Program-made: the position numbers and the translations under genes
Shown: positions 40,320 to 49,881 of the stretch, piece after piece
Position numbering within the stretch: position 1 is the first letter of the stretch
Layout: each line of letters opens with the position of its first letter
Notes under the pieces: generated by a model
Told to the model about the DNA's origin: nothing
Database searches by the model: none
The model's input: the letters and a program-made list of their open reading frames with translations, nothing else
Assembly: GCA_947085195.1 (NCBI GenBank)
Contig: CAMTVM010000026.1
Coordinates: forward strand, 627-64,626
Direction of reading: 5' to 3'
Source of the DNA: an uncultured Chloroflexota bacterium
GTDB taxonomy: Bacteria; Chloroflexota; Limnocylindria; Limnocylindrales; CSP1-4
DNA: 64,000 nt

Positions 40320-41113
40320 TGCTCTGCCGGCGCGTCATCCCCTGCCTGGACGTGGCGGACGGCCGCGTCGTCAAGGGCACCCGGTTCGTGGACCTGCGCG
40401 ACGAAGGCGATCCGCCGGAGCTGGCCGAACGCTATGCCCGCGAAGGCGCCGACGAGCTGGTCTTCCTCGACATCACGGCCGCGCCGCAGGGTCGCGGAAC
40501 GCTGCTGGACGTCGTGGAGCGGACGGCGCGCCGCGCGTTCATCCCGCTCACGGTGGGCGGCGGAGTCCGGAGCGTGGAGGACATGCGCGACGTCCTGCGG
40601 GCCGGCGCCGACAAGGTGGGCCTCAACACGCGCGCGGTGGCGGACCCCGAGCTGGTCTCGCGCTGCGCCGCGCGATTCGGGAGCCAGGCTGTGGTCGTGG
40701 CGATCGACGCCCGGCGTGTGAGGCCAGGCGACGCCCTCCCCTCGGGCTTCCAGGTCGTCGTCAACGGCGGGCGCGAGCCGGTGGCCCTCGACGCGGTCGT
40801 CTGGGCGCTGCGCGCCGTGGAGCTCGGCGCCGGCGAGCTGCTCGTGACCAGTATCGACCGCGACGGCACCGGGTCCGGCTTCGACACGGACCTGCTACGG
40901 GCAATCTCGTCGCGCGTACCGGTCCCGGTCATCGCCTCGGGCGGCGCCGCCGTCCCGGACGACTTCGTGGCCGCCATCCGGGACGGCGGCGCAGACGCCG
41001 TCCTTGCGGCCGGCATCTTCCACCGTCGCGAGGTCTCGATCGCTGCCGCCAAGACGGCCATGGCGGCAGCGGGCTTCCGCGTGCGCGCCGTGGACACGGA
41101 GGTGGTGGCGTGA
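40319..41113 (+). CDS. hisF: Imidazole glycerol phosphate synthase, cyclase subunit
   Basis: [28 protein letters not shown]. Confidence 0.95.
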   Translation: MLCRRVIPCLDVADGRVVKGTRFVDLRDEGDPPELAERYAREGADELVFLDITAAPQGRGTLLDVVERTARRAFIPLTVGGGVRSVEDMRDVLRAGADKVGLNTRAVADPELVSRCAARFGSQAVVVAIDARRVRPGDALPSGFQVVVNGGREPVALDAVVWALRAVELGAGELLVTSIDRDGTGSGFDTDLLRAISSRVPVPVIASGGAAVPDDFVAAIRDGGADAVLAAGIFHRREVSIAAAKTAMAAAGFRVRAVDTEVVA

Positions 41114-41841
41114 CGAAGAAGGCCGGCATCAGTGCGACGGATCCCGGGCCTGTGGAGCTGGCCGCCGGCCTGGATCCCACGACGATCGCCTGGGATGAGG
41201 CCGGCCTGGTTGCCGGAGTGGTCCAGGACGTCGCGGATGGCCGCGTGCTGATGGTGGGCTGGCTCGATGCGGAGGCGCTCGCGGCGACGCTGGGCACGGG
41301 CGACGTCCACTTCCACTCCCGCAGCCGGGACCGGCTCTGGCGCAAGGGCGAGAGTTCCGGCCACCTGCTCCGACTGCGCTCCCTCGCCCTCGACTGCGAC
41401 GGCGACGCCCTCCTGCTGGGGGTGGAGCCCGCGGGACCCACGTGTCATCGGGAGACCCGCAGCTGCTTCGACGCGGACGGCGCACCGGCGAGCAGTCGCG
41501 GATCCCAGGGCTTCGCGTGGCTCGAGTCCCTGTGGGCAACGATCGCGGACCGCGCTGTCTCCGGGACACCGGGCTCCTATACCGTCACGCTGCTGGCCGG
41601 TGGCGTGGACCTTGCCGGCCGGAAGGTCCTGGAGGAGGCCACCGAGGTTCTCCTGGCCGCCAAGAACGACGAGGCGGCCGAGGTCGCGGGCGCGGACCGA
41701 ACCGGCACCGGGGACCTCCTGGCCGGCGAGGCGGGCGACCTGCTGTATCACGCGCTGGTGCTGCTCGCGGAGCGCGGCCTGGAGCCTCGCTCGGTGCTGG
41801 ACGTCCTGCGTGCCCGCCACGGGCGCCCCGCCCGGGGCTGA
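41110..41841 (+). CDS. hisI: Bifunctional PR-AMP cyclohydrolase / PR-ATP pyrophosphatase
   Basis: GTG 41110 overlaps the hisF stop. [26 protein letters not shown] (HisI) then [10 protein letters not shown]...[13 protein letters not shown] (HisE). It is the tail of track ORF 40237..41841. Confidence 0.85.
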   Translation: MTKKAGISATDPGPVELAAGLDPTTIAWDEAGLVAGVVQDVADGRVLMVGWLDAEALAATLGTGDVHFHSRSRDRLWRKGESSGHLLRLRSLALDCDGDALLLGVEPAGPTCHRETRSCFDADGAPASSRGSQGFAWLESLWATIADRAVSGTPGSYTVTLLAGGVDLAGRKVLEEATEVLLAAKNDEAAEVAGADRTGTGDLLAGEAGDLLYHALVLLAERGLEPRSVLDVLRARHGRPARG

Positions 41842-41854
41842 GCCGGCCTGTCGT

Positions 41855-43165
41855 TCAGTCCCGGGCGATCCTGACCACCGACCGGCTTCGCTTCCCGACA
41901 CGCATCTCGAACCACTCCCCGGCGATCGGCGGGGGCATCGGCGCCGCGGGATCCGCGATGCGCTCACCGTTGACCGTGATCGCCCCACCCTGGATCAGTC
42001 GCCGGGCCTCGCCACGAGACGGGGCGAGGCCGGCCTCCGCGAGCACCACGGCCACACCACCGCCGATCACTTCCGATGCGACCGACGGGCCGCGGGTGGC
42101 CGCATGGACGCTCGCCAGGAGGCCCGGCTCGGCGATTGGCTCGCGCTGGAAGAGCGCCAGCGAAACGGCCACCGCATCGGACGCGGCCGCCTCCCCGTGC
42201 ACGCGCGCCGTGACGTCGAACGCGAGTCGCTTCTGCGCCTCCCGCCCCTCCGGGCGGACGGCGATCTCGGCGTCCATCGCCGCGGTCTCCTCGCGACCCC
42301 AGAACGTGAACCAGCGCATGTACGTCGGGACGTCGCGGTCGTCCGCCTGCACCCAGTACTGGTAGAACGCGTACGGCGTCGTGCGGGCGGCGTCGAGCCA
42401 GACCGATTCGCCGCCTTCGCTCTTGCCGAACTTGGCGCCCGACGGCGACAGCAGCAGCTTGTACGCGATCCCGTGGGCCGGAGGCTCGTCCCCGCCGCGG
42501 CTCGTCCGCCGGATGAGCTCGAGACCCGCCGTGATGTTCCCCCACTGGTCCGCGCCCCCCATCTGCATCTCGACACCGTGCTCGCGGTAGAGCGTCGCGA
42601 AGTCAAACGCCTGGAGGGTCATGTAGCTGAACTCGGTGAAGGAGAGCCCGCGGTCGAGGCGTTGCTGGACCGAGTCCTTGGACAGCATGTAGGGCACGGT
42701 GAAGTGCTTGCCGACGTCTCGCAGGTAGTCGATGAGCGAGAGCTTGCCGAGCCACGCGAGGTTGTTGGCCATCACGGCCTGGGAGGGCCCGGGCGAGAAG
42801 TCGAGGAACCGCTCCAGCTGCGCGCCGATCGCGGCCACGTTGCGCTCCAGCGTCGTGACGTCCAGAAGGTTGCGCTCCGACGAGCGCCCGGACGGATCCC
42901 CGATCATCCCGGTCCCCCCACCGACCAGCGCAACCGGCCGTCCGCCGTGCCGCTGGAGCCGGAGCAGCCCGAACATCGGGACCAGGTGGCCGACGTGCAG
43001 GGAGTCGGCCGTCGGATCGAACCCGATGTACGCCGAGATCCGCCGCCCGGTCGCCAGGCGCTCCGGCAGGCCGGGCGTAATGGCGTGCAGGATCCCTCGC
43101 CACTCGAGATCGGCAAGGAGCCCGGCGAGGCCCGGGGCGTCGTCATGCCTGGGTACGGCACTCAT
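41855..43165 (-). CDS. tyrS: Tyrosine--tRNA ligase
   Basis: YIGFDPTADSLHVGHL (HIGH), KFGKS (KMSKS), C-terminal S4 domain. Confidence 0.9.
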   Translation of the reverse strand: MSAVPRHDDAPGLAGLLADLEWRGILHAITPGLPERLATGRRISAYIGFDPTADSLHVGHLVPMFGLLRLQRHGGRPVALVGGGTGMIGDPSGRSSERNLLDVTTLERNVAAIGAQLERFLDFSPGPSQAVMANNLAWLGKLSLIDYLRDVGKHFTVPYMLSKDSVQQRLDRGLSFTEFSYMTLQAFDFATLYREHGVEMQMGGADQWGNITAGLELIRRTSRGGDEPPAHGIAYKLLLSPSGAKFGKSEGGESVWLDAARTTPYAFYQYWVQADDRDVPTYMRWFTFWGREETAAMDAEIAVRPEGREAQKRLAFDVTARVHGEAAASDAVAVSLALFQREPIAEPGLLASVHAATRGPSVASEVIGGGVAVVLAEAGLAPSRGEARRLIQGGAITVNGERIADPAAPMPPPIAGEWFEMRVGKRSRSVVRIARD

Positions 43166-43260
43166 CCGCGCGTCACAGCCATCGAGTCGGAGTCGTCGCT
43201 GTTCTGGCCTGATTGGGGAGATCGGGTGTCCATTCCCTGCATGGTATCGTTCCGCCCGTC

Positions 43261-45981
43261 ATGCAAACCAGCCTCTCCCGGAGGCAGCGCCGTCGCAGAT
43301 CAGCAGACAGGCGCCGCCCGCGCGGAAGCGGTGCCGCCCGAGCGGCCGTCATTGCGCTTCCCATCTTCCTGTTCGCCACCCTGCTTCTGGTCGGGGCCGT
43401 CGGCGCAACAGCGTCGGTCGCGGCGTACTCGCATGTGGCCAAGGATCTCCCCGACCCGCAGAAGACCCTCGAGACCATCAGCTTTGCCCAGCAGACGGTC
43501 GTCTTCGATCGGACCGGCGATGTCCAGCTGGCCAAGCTCGGGACCGACCGCAGAGAGGTCGTGAAGTACGCCGAGATACCCCCGGAGCTGATCGATGCGA
43601 CCACCGCGATCGAGGACAAGACCTTCTGGGAGAACCCGGGGTTCGACCCGCTGGGCTTCGTCTCGGCTGCTATCGACACGCTCCAGGGCAACGACCGCGG
43701 CGGCTCGACGATCACCCAGCAGCTTGTCCGCAACCGGCTGCTCCCTGCCGCCGACGTCGCTGCCGGCGTGGACCGCTACTGGAGGAAGGCACGCGAGATC
43801 ATCCAGTCGATCCGCCTGACGGAGACCTACCCTGGTGTCGAGGGCAAGCGGACGATCATGGCCGCCTATCTCAACGACAACAACTACGGCAACCGCAGCT
43901 ACGGCGTGGCTGCCGCGGCCCGGAGCTACTGGCGCCAGGACCTCAAAGACCTGACGCTCGCCCAGTACGCGATCCTCGCGGGCATTCCCCAGGCACCGAC
44001 CACGTTCGACCTGGTCAAGAACGCCGTGGCGGAGACCTACACCGACGAGAACGGCGACGAGCAGGTCCGCCTCGTGGTCCCGATGAACAGCGAGATCGTC
44101 ATCCGCCGCAACTTCATCCTGGATCTCATGAAGACCCGCTCGGTCCTCACCGGCTTCAAGTACACCGATGCGGACTACGAGGCTGCCAAGCAGGAGCCCG
44201 TCATCCTGGCCTCCCAGGCGACGGACCAGTGGCGGGCCGCCCACTTCGTCTGGCAGGTTCGCGAGGAGCTGGCCCGGATCCTGTGCGGCGAGGCGCAGTG
44301 CGCGAAGATCGACACGGGCGGCTACCAGGTGTTCACGACCCTCGACTACCGCATGCAGCGCATCGTCGAGAAGTGGGTGTACGCGGCGGCCATCGCCCCC
44401 AACTCCAAGAGCCCTGACGCCATCCTGAAGGCCCGGGGCGTCCCCAGGTCCGAGTGGGCCTGGATCAAGGCCCTGCGTGGGCGAAACCTCCACAACGCTG
44501 CCTCCGGCGTCATGGACTACCGGAAGGGCGAAGTCCTGGCCTACATGGGCTCGGCCTCGTACACGGCCAAGGGCAACAAGCGACTCCAGCCACAGTTCGA
44601 CGTCCTCGCGGACGGCTGGCGCCAGCCCGGCTCGGCGATCAAGCCGCTGGTGTACCTCATCGGCCTCGAGGACCGCACGATGACGGCGTCCACCATGTTC
44701 ATGGATGTCGTGACCAACTTCTCACGGTCGGGCGCGAAGGCGTTCACGCCCACGCAGGCGGACGGCATGGAGCGCGGGCCAGTGCGCATGCGCAGTGCCC
44801 TCCAGTTCTCGCTCAACGTGCCGGCCATCAAGGCGGGCTTCATCAACGGCCTCAGTCACCAGTTCGAGCGGACGAAGGACTTCGGCATCGTCTTCCCCGG
44901 AACCGCGGCCCCGGTCGTGTCCCAGAGCATCGGCACGCTCGAGGTGCATCCCATCGACCTGATCGGGGCCTACGGGGCCATCGCCAACGGCGGGCTCCTC
45001 ATGCCGCGGCACACGATCCTCAAGGTCATCGACTCGGCCGGCACGCAGGTCTGGCCACCGGCCGGTGCGAAGGCCACCGGGAAGCGCGTGGTCTCAAGCC
45101 AGGCCGCGTACATCATGACGGACATCCTGGCCGGGAACACCGTCAAGTCGGTCAACCCCTTCTGGGCCAAGTGGCAGATCACCGACGGGATCAGCGGCTC
45201 CAGGGTCCGGCCCACCGCCTACAAGACCGGTACCACCAGCGACAACCGCGACGTGCTCGCGTTCGGATACCTTGCGCCGCCGTCCGACAAGAAGCTGCCC
45301 GCCCTGGTCGCGGGCGTCTGGATGGGCAACTCGGACAACTCCCCCAACGACGGAAAGCTGTCGCTCGACACCTCGGCGCCGCTGTGGAGCGCGATCCTGT
45401 CCGAGGTCGCCAAGGGCATGCCCATCGAAGGCTTCGCGCGGGTGAGGCCGAAGGGCCTGGTGAAGGCCAGGGTGGACGCGTTCACCGGCATGCTGCCCGG
45501 TCCCTCGACGAGGCGGACCGTCGAGGAGTTGTTCCTGCCCGGCACCGCCCCGACCAAGCAGGCCGACTTCGCGATCGCCGTCGACATCGACGAACCCAGC
45601 GGCCTCCTGTGGCAGGAGGGTTGCCTGGGCCCGATGGTCACCGGGACGTTCATCGACCTGAGCCTCGCGGAAGCGGGGTTCCCGGCCTGGCAGAAGGCGA
45701 ACAAGGCCTGGCAGGCGCGCGCGGCGCGTGGTCCGGGCGTCGCCGGCGGGCCGAAGAGGACCCGGACCAGCTACTTCTACGGCGGCGGCTTCTACCCGTA
45801 CGGCCGCTCATGGGGCGGCGAGTTCGCACCGACCAAGACGTGCAAGCTTGCCCCTCCATCGCCGACGATCTGCGTGTCCATCGACCCGCTCTCGCCGTGC
45901 CCGTCGATCGAGCCGACACCTTCGGAGCTGCCGCCCAACGGCGGGAAACCCTCGCCCCCGTCCAGGACCCCCAAGCCCTGA
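43261..45981 (+). CDS. Class A penicillin-binding protein (transglycosylase/transpeptidase)
   Basis: ATG 43261. TM helix, GT51 motifs EDKTFWENPG and GGSTITQQL, transpeptidase SAIKP, SLN, KTGTT. Pro-rich C-terminal tail. Confidence 0.85.
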   Translation: MQTSLSRRQRRRRSADRRRPRGSGAARAAVIALPIFLFATLLLVGAVGATASVAAYSHVAKDLPDPQKTLETISFAQQTVVFDRTGDVQLAKLGTDRREVVKYAEIPPELIDATTAIEDKTFWENPGFDPLGFVSAAIDTLQGNDRGGSTITQQLVRNRLLPAADVAAGVDRYWRKAREIIQSIRLTETYPGVEGKRTIMAAYLNDNNYGNRSYGVAAAARSYWRQDLKDLTLAQYAILAGIPQAPTTFDLVKNAVAETYTDENGDEQVRLVVPMNSEIVIRRNFILDLMKTRSVLTGFKYTDADYEAAKQEPVILASQATDQWRAAHFVWQVREELARILCGEAQCAKIDTGGYQVFTTLDYRMQRIVEKWVYAAAIAPNSKSPDAILKARGVPRSEWAWIKALRGRNLHNAASGVMDYRKGEVLAYMGSASYTAKGNKRLQPQFDVLADGWRQPGSAIKPLVYLIGLEDRTMTASTMFMDVVTNFSRSGAKAFTPTQADGMERGPVRMRSALQFSLNVPAIKAGFINGLSHQFERTKDFGIVFPGTAAPVVSQSIGTLEVHPIDLIGAYGAIANGGLLMPRHTILKVIDSAGTQVWPPAGAKATGKRVVSSQAAYIMTDILAGNTVKSVNPFWAKWQITDGISGSRVRPTAYKTGTTSDNRDVLAFGYLAPPSDKKLPALVAGVWMGNSDNSPNDGKLSLDTSAPLWSAILSEVAKGMPIEGFARVRPKGLVKARVDAFTGMLPGPSTRRTVEELFLPGTAPTKQADFAIAVDIDEPSGLLWQEGCLGPMVTGTFIDLSLAEAGFPAWQKANKAWQARAARGPGVAGGPKRTRTSYFYGGGFYPYGRSWGGEFAPTKTCKLAPPSPTICVSIDPLSPCPSIEPTPSELPPNGGKPSPPSRTPKP

Positions 45982-46005
45982 CTTCAGAGAGGGCGGGCGT
46001 CTCGA

Positions 46006-48423
46006 TCAGAGCTTGACGATCGTGGCGCCGTCGCCGCCGTCGCCCCGCTCTCCCGCACGGAGGCTCTTGACCAGCGGGTGTCCCGCCCCTTGGGCCCGGA
46101 CCGCGTCGCGGAGCGCCCCGGTGCCCAGGCCGTGGATGATGAGGACCTGGTCCAGGCCGGCGAGCGAGGCGTCGTCGAGGTAGCGGTCAAGCGCTTCGAG
46201 CGCTTCGTCCACCCGGGCGCCGCGGAGATCGAGCGAGGAAGAGACCGAGCGCGCCCGCGACAGGCGCAGCGTCGAGATCCCCGGGCCTTCACCGCGGCCG
46301 GGCGGCGCGGAGCCGGGGCCCCCGCCTGTCGGTCGCCCGGTGGACGAACCGCCGCCCCAGCCACCGCCGTCATGATCCCCGCCGGGCACGGAGACGGCCA
46401 GCTCCAGGTCATCCACGGCCACCGACACGCGCATCCCGCCCGCGTCGAGGGTGGCTCGGCTGCCGCCCTTCTCGATCGCCGCGATGCGGCCCTCCCAGCC
46501 GCCGCTCCGGCTCCTTGCCCGCTCGCCCAGGCGCCAGGTGTGCGGGACGACCGGCTCGCGACGCGGTTCCTCCTCCCGGACGGGCTCCGGCAGGCGCTCG
46601 AGGGTGCCCTCGGCGCGGGCCAGGGCGGCGTCGATGGCCGGTGCCGTCACGGTCTCGCGCTCCAGCCTGCGGCGTACACCCGCCACGTCGTTGCGCAGGC
46701 CCTCCACCAGTCGCTCCGCCTCATCGCGGGCGGCCCGGGCAACCTCGTCGCGCTCCCGGCGGGCGCGCCGGCGGTCGTCGTCGGCTGCTCGGAGCGCATC
46801 GGCGGCCTTCGCCTCCGCCACGCGCGCGCGCTCCACGGCCGTGGCGATCTCGCCTTCCTGGCGCCGGATCGATGCGAGGGTCGCCTCGAACGCGCGCTCG
46901 TTCTCCGACAGGCGGCCACGGGCGTCGGAGACGATGTCCTCGGGCAGCCCGAGCCGCTCCGCGATAGCGAACGCCTGGCTGCCGCCTGGCAGGCCGATCG
47001 TGAGCCGGTACGTCGGCGACAGCGTCTCGAGATCGAACTCCACGGACGCGTTGCGGGCTGCTGGCGTCTCGTGGGCGTAGACCTTGATCTCCGCGTAGTG
47101 CGTCGTCGCGGCGATCAGGGCGCCAGACCGGATGAAATGGTCCAGGAGCGCCTGCGCCAGCGCGGAGCCCTCCGTGGGATCCGTGCCCGCGCCCAGCTCG
47201 TCGAGCAGGACGAGGGTCCTGGGGCCGGCGTGCTCCACGATCCGGATGATCGAGCGCAGGTGGCCCGAGAACGTCGAGAGGGACTGGGCGATGGACTGCT
47301 CGTCGCCAATATCCGCGAACACGTCGCGGAACACGGGCAGCATCGAGCCGGTCGCTGCGGGAATGTGGAGCCCGGCCTGGTGCATCAGCGACAGCAGCCC
47401 GAGGGTGCGGAGCGCCACGGTCTTGCCGCCGGTGTTGGGCCCGGTGATGACGAGAGCCGTGTACCCGTCACCCAGGCGCACGTCGATCGGGACCACGCGA
47501 CCGGTGAGCCCTGGGTGGCGCGCCGAGAGGAGCACGACCTCGGTCCGTTCGGCCAGCGCCGGACGCACGCCGTCCATCTCGGCGGCCAGCTGGGCCTTGG
47601 CCGCCCAGAAGTCGAACTGGGCCATCGCCTCCAGGGTCTCCCGCAGGAGCGTCCCGTTGGCGGCGACCAGGGCCGAGAGCTCGTCGAGAATCCGGCCCAC
47701 CTCCTCGTCCACCGCAGCCTGGGCCTCTCGCCATGCGTTGCCCAGCTCCACCACGACCAGCGGCTCCACGAACAGCGTCTGGCCGCTGCCGGAGGCGTCG
47801 TGGACGATCCCCTTGACCCTGCTGCGGGCCTCCGCCCGAATCGGGACCACGTAGCGCCCGTTGCGCATCGTGATGATCGGCTCCTGCAGCGCTCCGCCCA
47901 GCTCCGAGCCCACGAGGCTGTCCAGGCGGCGTCGGAGGCGGTCGTAGGCGACGCGGACGGCGCCCCGCAGCCCGCCCAGGCGAGGCGAGGCGGTGTCGAG
48001 CAGCTCGCCGACGGGATCGAAGCTGCGGGTCAACGTGCTGCGCAGGGCGGGCAGGGGGTGGAGCCGGCGGCCCAGGTCGCGCAGCAGCCGCCGTCGCTCC
48101 TCGGCGAGGGAGGTCGCCAGCCGCGTGGCGGCATCGAGCGTCTCCACGATCTCCAGGAACTGGTTCGGGTCGAGGCGCCCGCCGCGCATGGCCCGGCCCA
48201 CCCATGGTTCGATATCGTGGGCGGCCCCGATCCCGACGCCCGGGCGCTCCTGGAGCAGGGACCGCGCCTGGTCGGTCTCGTCGAGCCCGCGGGCCACGAT
48301 GACGGGGTCCGCGGCAGGCACCAGGGCCTCCGCCAGGCGGCGGGACGGGTCGAAGGACGTCTTCTCGGCCAGGCGGGCGCGGACGGCCGGGAACTCCAGC
48401 AGCGCGATCGAACGTGCGTCCAC
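46006..48423 (-). CDS. mutS2: Endonuclease MutS2 (MutS domain + C-terminal Smr)
   Basis: GTG 48423 (VDARSIALLEFP). Walker A GPNTGGKT, LLDELGAGTDP, Smr LDLRGARVDEAL...IIHGLGTG. Confidence 0.9.
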   Translation of the reverse strand: MDARSIALLEFPAVRARLAEKTSFDPSRRLAEALVPAADPVIVARGLDETDQARSLLQERPGVGIGAAHDIEPWVGRAMRGGRLDPNQFLEIVETLDAATRLATSLAEERRRLLRDLGRRLHPLPALRSTLTRSFDPVGELLDTASPRLGGLRGAVRVAYDRLRRRLDSLVGSELGGALQEPIITMRNGRYVVPIRAEARSRVKGIVHDASGSGQTLFVEPLVVVELGNAWREAQAAVDEEVGRILDELSALVAANGTLLRETLEAMAQFDFWAAKAQLAAEMDGVRPALAERTEVVLLSARHPGLTGRVVPIDVRLGDGYTALVITGPNTGGKTVALRTLGLLSLMHQAGLHIPAATGSMLPVFRDVFADIGDEQSIAQSLSTFSGHLRSIIRIVEHAGPRTLVLLDELGAGTDPTEGSALAQALLDHFIRSGALIAATTHYAEIKVYAHETPAARNASVEFDLETLSPTYRLTIGLPGGSQAFAIAERLGLPEDIVSDARGRLSENERAFEATLASIRRQEGEIATAVERARVAEAKAADALRAADDDRRRARRERDEVARAARDEAERLVEGLRNDVAGVRRRLERETVTAPAIDAALARAEGTLERLPEPVREEEPRREPVVPHTWRLGERARSRSGGWEGRIAAIEKGGSRATLDAGGMRVSVAVDDLELAVSVPGGDHDGGGWGGGSSTGRPTGGGPGSAPPGRGEGPGISTLRLSRARSVSSSLDLRGARVDEALEALDRYLDDASLAGLDQVLIIHGLGTGALRDAVRAQGAGHPLVKSLRAGERGDGGDGATIVKL

Positions 48424-48424
48424 G

Positions 48425-49132
48425 TCAGGGCTGCCGGCTGAGGGACGGGCTGCCGGGCACGACGAAGCGCCACGGAACGCTCGCCCACGGCTCACCCGCG
48501 TACGCGACGCCGATCCGGGCCGTCGTGACGGAGTCGGGCGCGGGCTCCCCGGACGGGCGCGCCTCCAGACGGAGCGGCGACCTCGGGTCGCACAGATCGA
48601 GGCCGGTGTGCCGGCGGTCGATGCCGAACGCGGCGGCGACGAGGCCGGGGCCTGCGGCGAGGCGGGCATGCGCGATGGACCGCGGGACGGGGGCCCCAGG
48701 CCCGGGTCGCCGTGAGCGCAGCACCTCTCGGGCCACCCGCATCAGCTCGGCGCCTTCGACCGGTTCCACGGCACGAACGAGCAGCGCGGCGGGGCGCGAA
48801 GGGGCTTCGGTCACGACGTTCAGGCAGTGGTACATCCCGTAGACAAGGTACACGTAGGCGATGCCCGGCGGCCCGAACATGACCTGATTCCGTGCCGTCG
48901 GCCCCATGCGAGCGTGCGACGCGCGGTCGTCGAGGCCGGCGTACGCCTCGACCTCCACGATCCGCCCGACACGGCGTGCGCCCGTCTCGTGATCCGGGTC
49001 ACGGACGAGCCGGGCGCCCAACAGCGCGCGGGCCGCGCCGAGCGTGTCGCCGGCGAGGCTGTCGCGCGAGAACGAAAGGCCCACCCAGGTCGTCGTCGCG
49101 GACGACGGACCGCCCGGGCCGTCGCCGGTCAC
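48425..49132 (-). CDS. mpg: DNA-3-methyladenine glycosylase (Mpg/AAG family)
   Basis: IVEVEAY...DRASHA, GIAYVYLVYGMYHCLNVVT. Confidence 0.85.
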   Translation of the reverse strand: MTGDGPGGPSSATTTWVGLSFSRDSLAGDTLGAARALLGARLVRDPDHETGARRVGRIVEVEAYAGLDDRASHARMGPTARNQVMFGPPGIAYVYLVYGMYHCLNVVTEAPSRPAALLVRAVEPVEGAELMRVAREVLRSRRPGPGAPVPRSIAHARLAAGPGLVAAAFGIDRRHTGLDLCDPRSPLRLEARPSGEPAPDSVTTARIGVAYAGEPWASVPWRFVVPGSPSLSRQP

Positions 49133-49716
49133 GCGAGCCCGTAGAGGGCCAGCATGCTCCGAGGGATCAGGAACGAGACCAGGCTCAGGAAGTTGGGGAT
49201 CGCGATCCGGTGGAGGAAGTCCCCGATGGCCGAGCTGTCGATCGCCGTCCAGACGTCGCGCAGCAGCGGCAGCTCATCCGTGTCCGGTGCGATGTTGGTG
49301 TAGAGGAAGAACTGGCCCAGGATGATCGTGGCGAACATGAGCAGCAGCAGCCCCTGGACCAGGCCCAGGACACCGCCGGCAACCTCGTCGACGACCGGGT
49401 ACCTCGCGAACACATCGGTCTTGTTGTAGGTCCCCTGGATGACCAGCGTGAACGCGACCACCGCGGCGACGAACAGTGTCAGGAACCCGAGCATGACGCT
49501 GTACTCGCGCGGGAACTGCGTCCAGTTGTCGGCGAGGAACGTCCCGAACGGGACCGACAACTGCGCTGCGAGGAAGAACGAGAACGTCATGGACGCGATC
49601 CCTACCAGCCGCCGGATCGTCCCCTGGATGTAGCCCAGGACGAAGAACGCGAACAGGCCGATGACGATGAGCACGTCCACGACATTGATCGACTTCATGA
49701 ACTCGGTGATGTTCAC
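49129..49716 (-). CDS. cvpA: CvpA-family membrane protein
   Basis: Four TM helices, VDVLIVIGLFAFFVLGYIQG. GTG 49716 is preceded by GAGGGTGG. The track ORF runs to 49815. Confidence 0.7.
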   Translation of the reverse strand: MNITEFMKSINVVDVLIVIGLFAFFVLGYIQGTIRRLVGIASMTFSFFLAAQLSVPFGTFLADNWTQFPREYSVMLGFLTLFVAAVVAFTLVIQGTYNKTDVFARYPVVDEVAGGVLGLVQGLLLLMFATIILGQFFLYTNIAPDTDELPLLRDVWTAIDSSAIGDFLHRIAIPNFLSLVSFLIPRSMLALYGLA

Positions 49717-49881
49717 GCATCCACCCTCGTGCCGCCGCTCGACCCCAGGACCGGCCGAAACCCCGGGCGAAGGGTAGCAGCGCACATGGGCGGCCCGCAA
49801 CGGGCCGCGGTGCACGAGCGCGACACGAGTCGCGGTGTCACCGGGCGTTTCACGATGCCACCGGGCGAGACGAGTGCCGGA

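Noticed and set aside
40237-41841. 534-aa ORF spanning hisH/hisF/hisIE.
   Set aside because: Only its last 243 codons (from GTG 41110) are HisIE. The upstream part is an out-of-frame Arg/Pro-rich read-through over hisH and hisF.
43166-43260. T-box leaders upstream of tyrS (43166..43260) and pheS (53424..53530).
   Set aside because: The leaders are only ~95-107 nt, and neither contains a GGGUGGNACCGCG-type T-box sequence. The pheS leader has just a GGGGCC-N4-GGCCCC hairpin.
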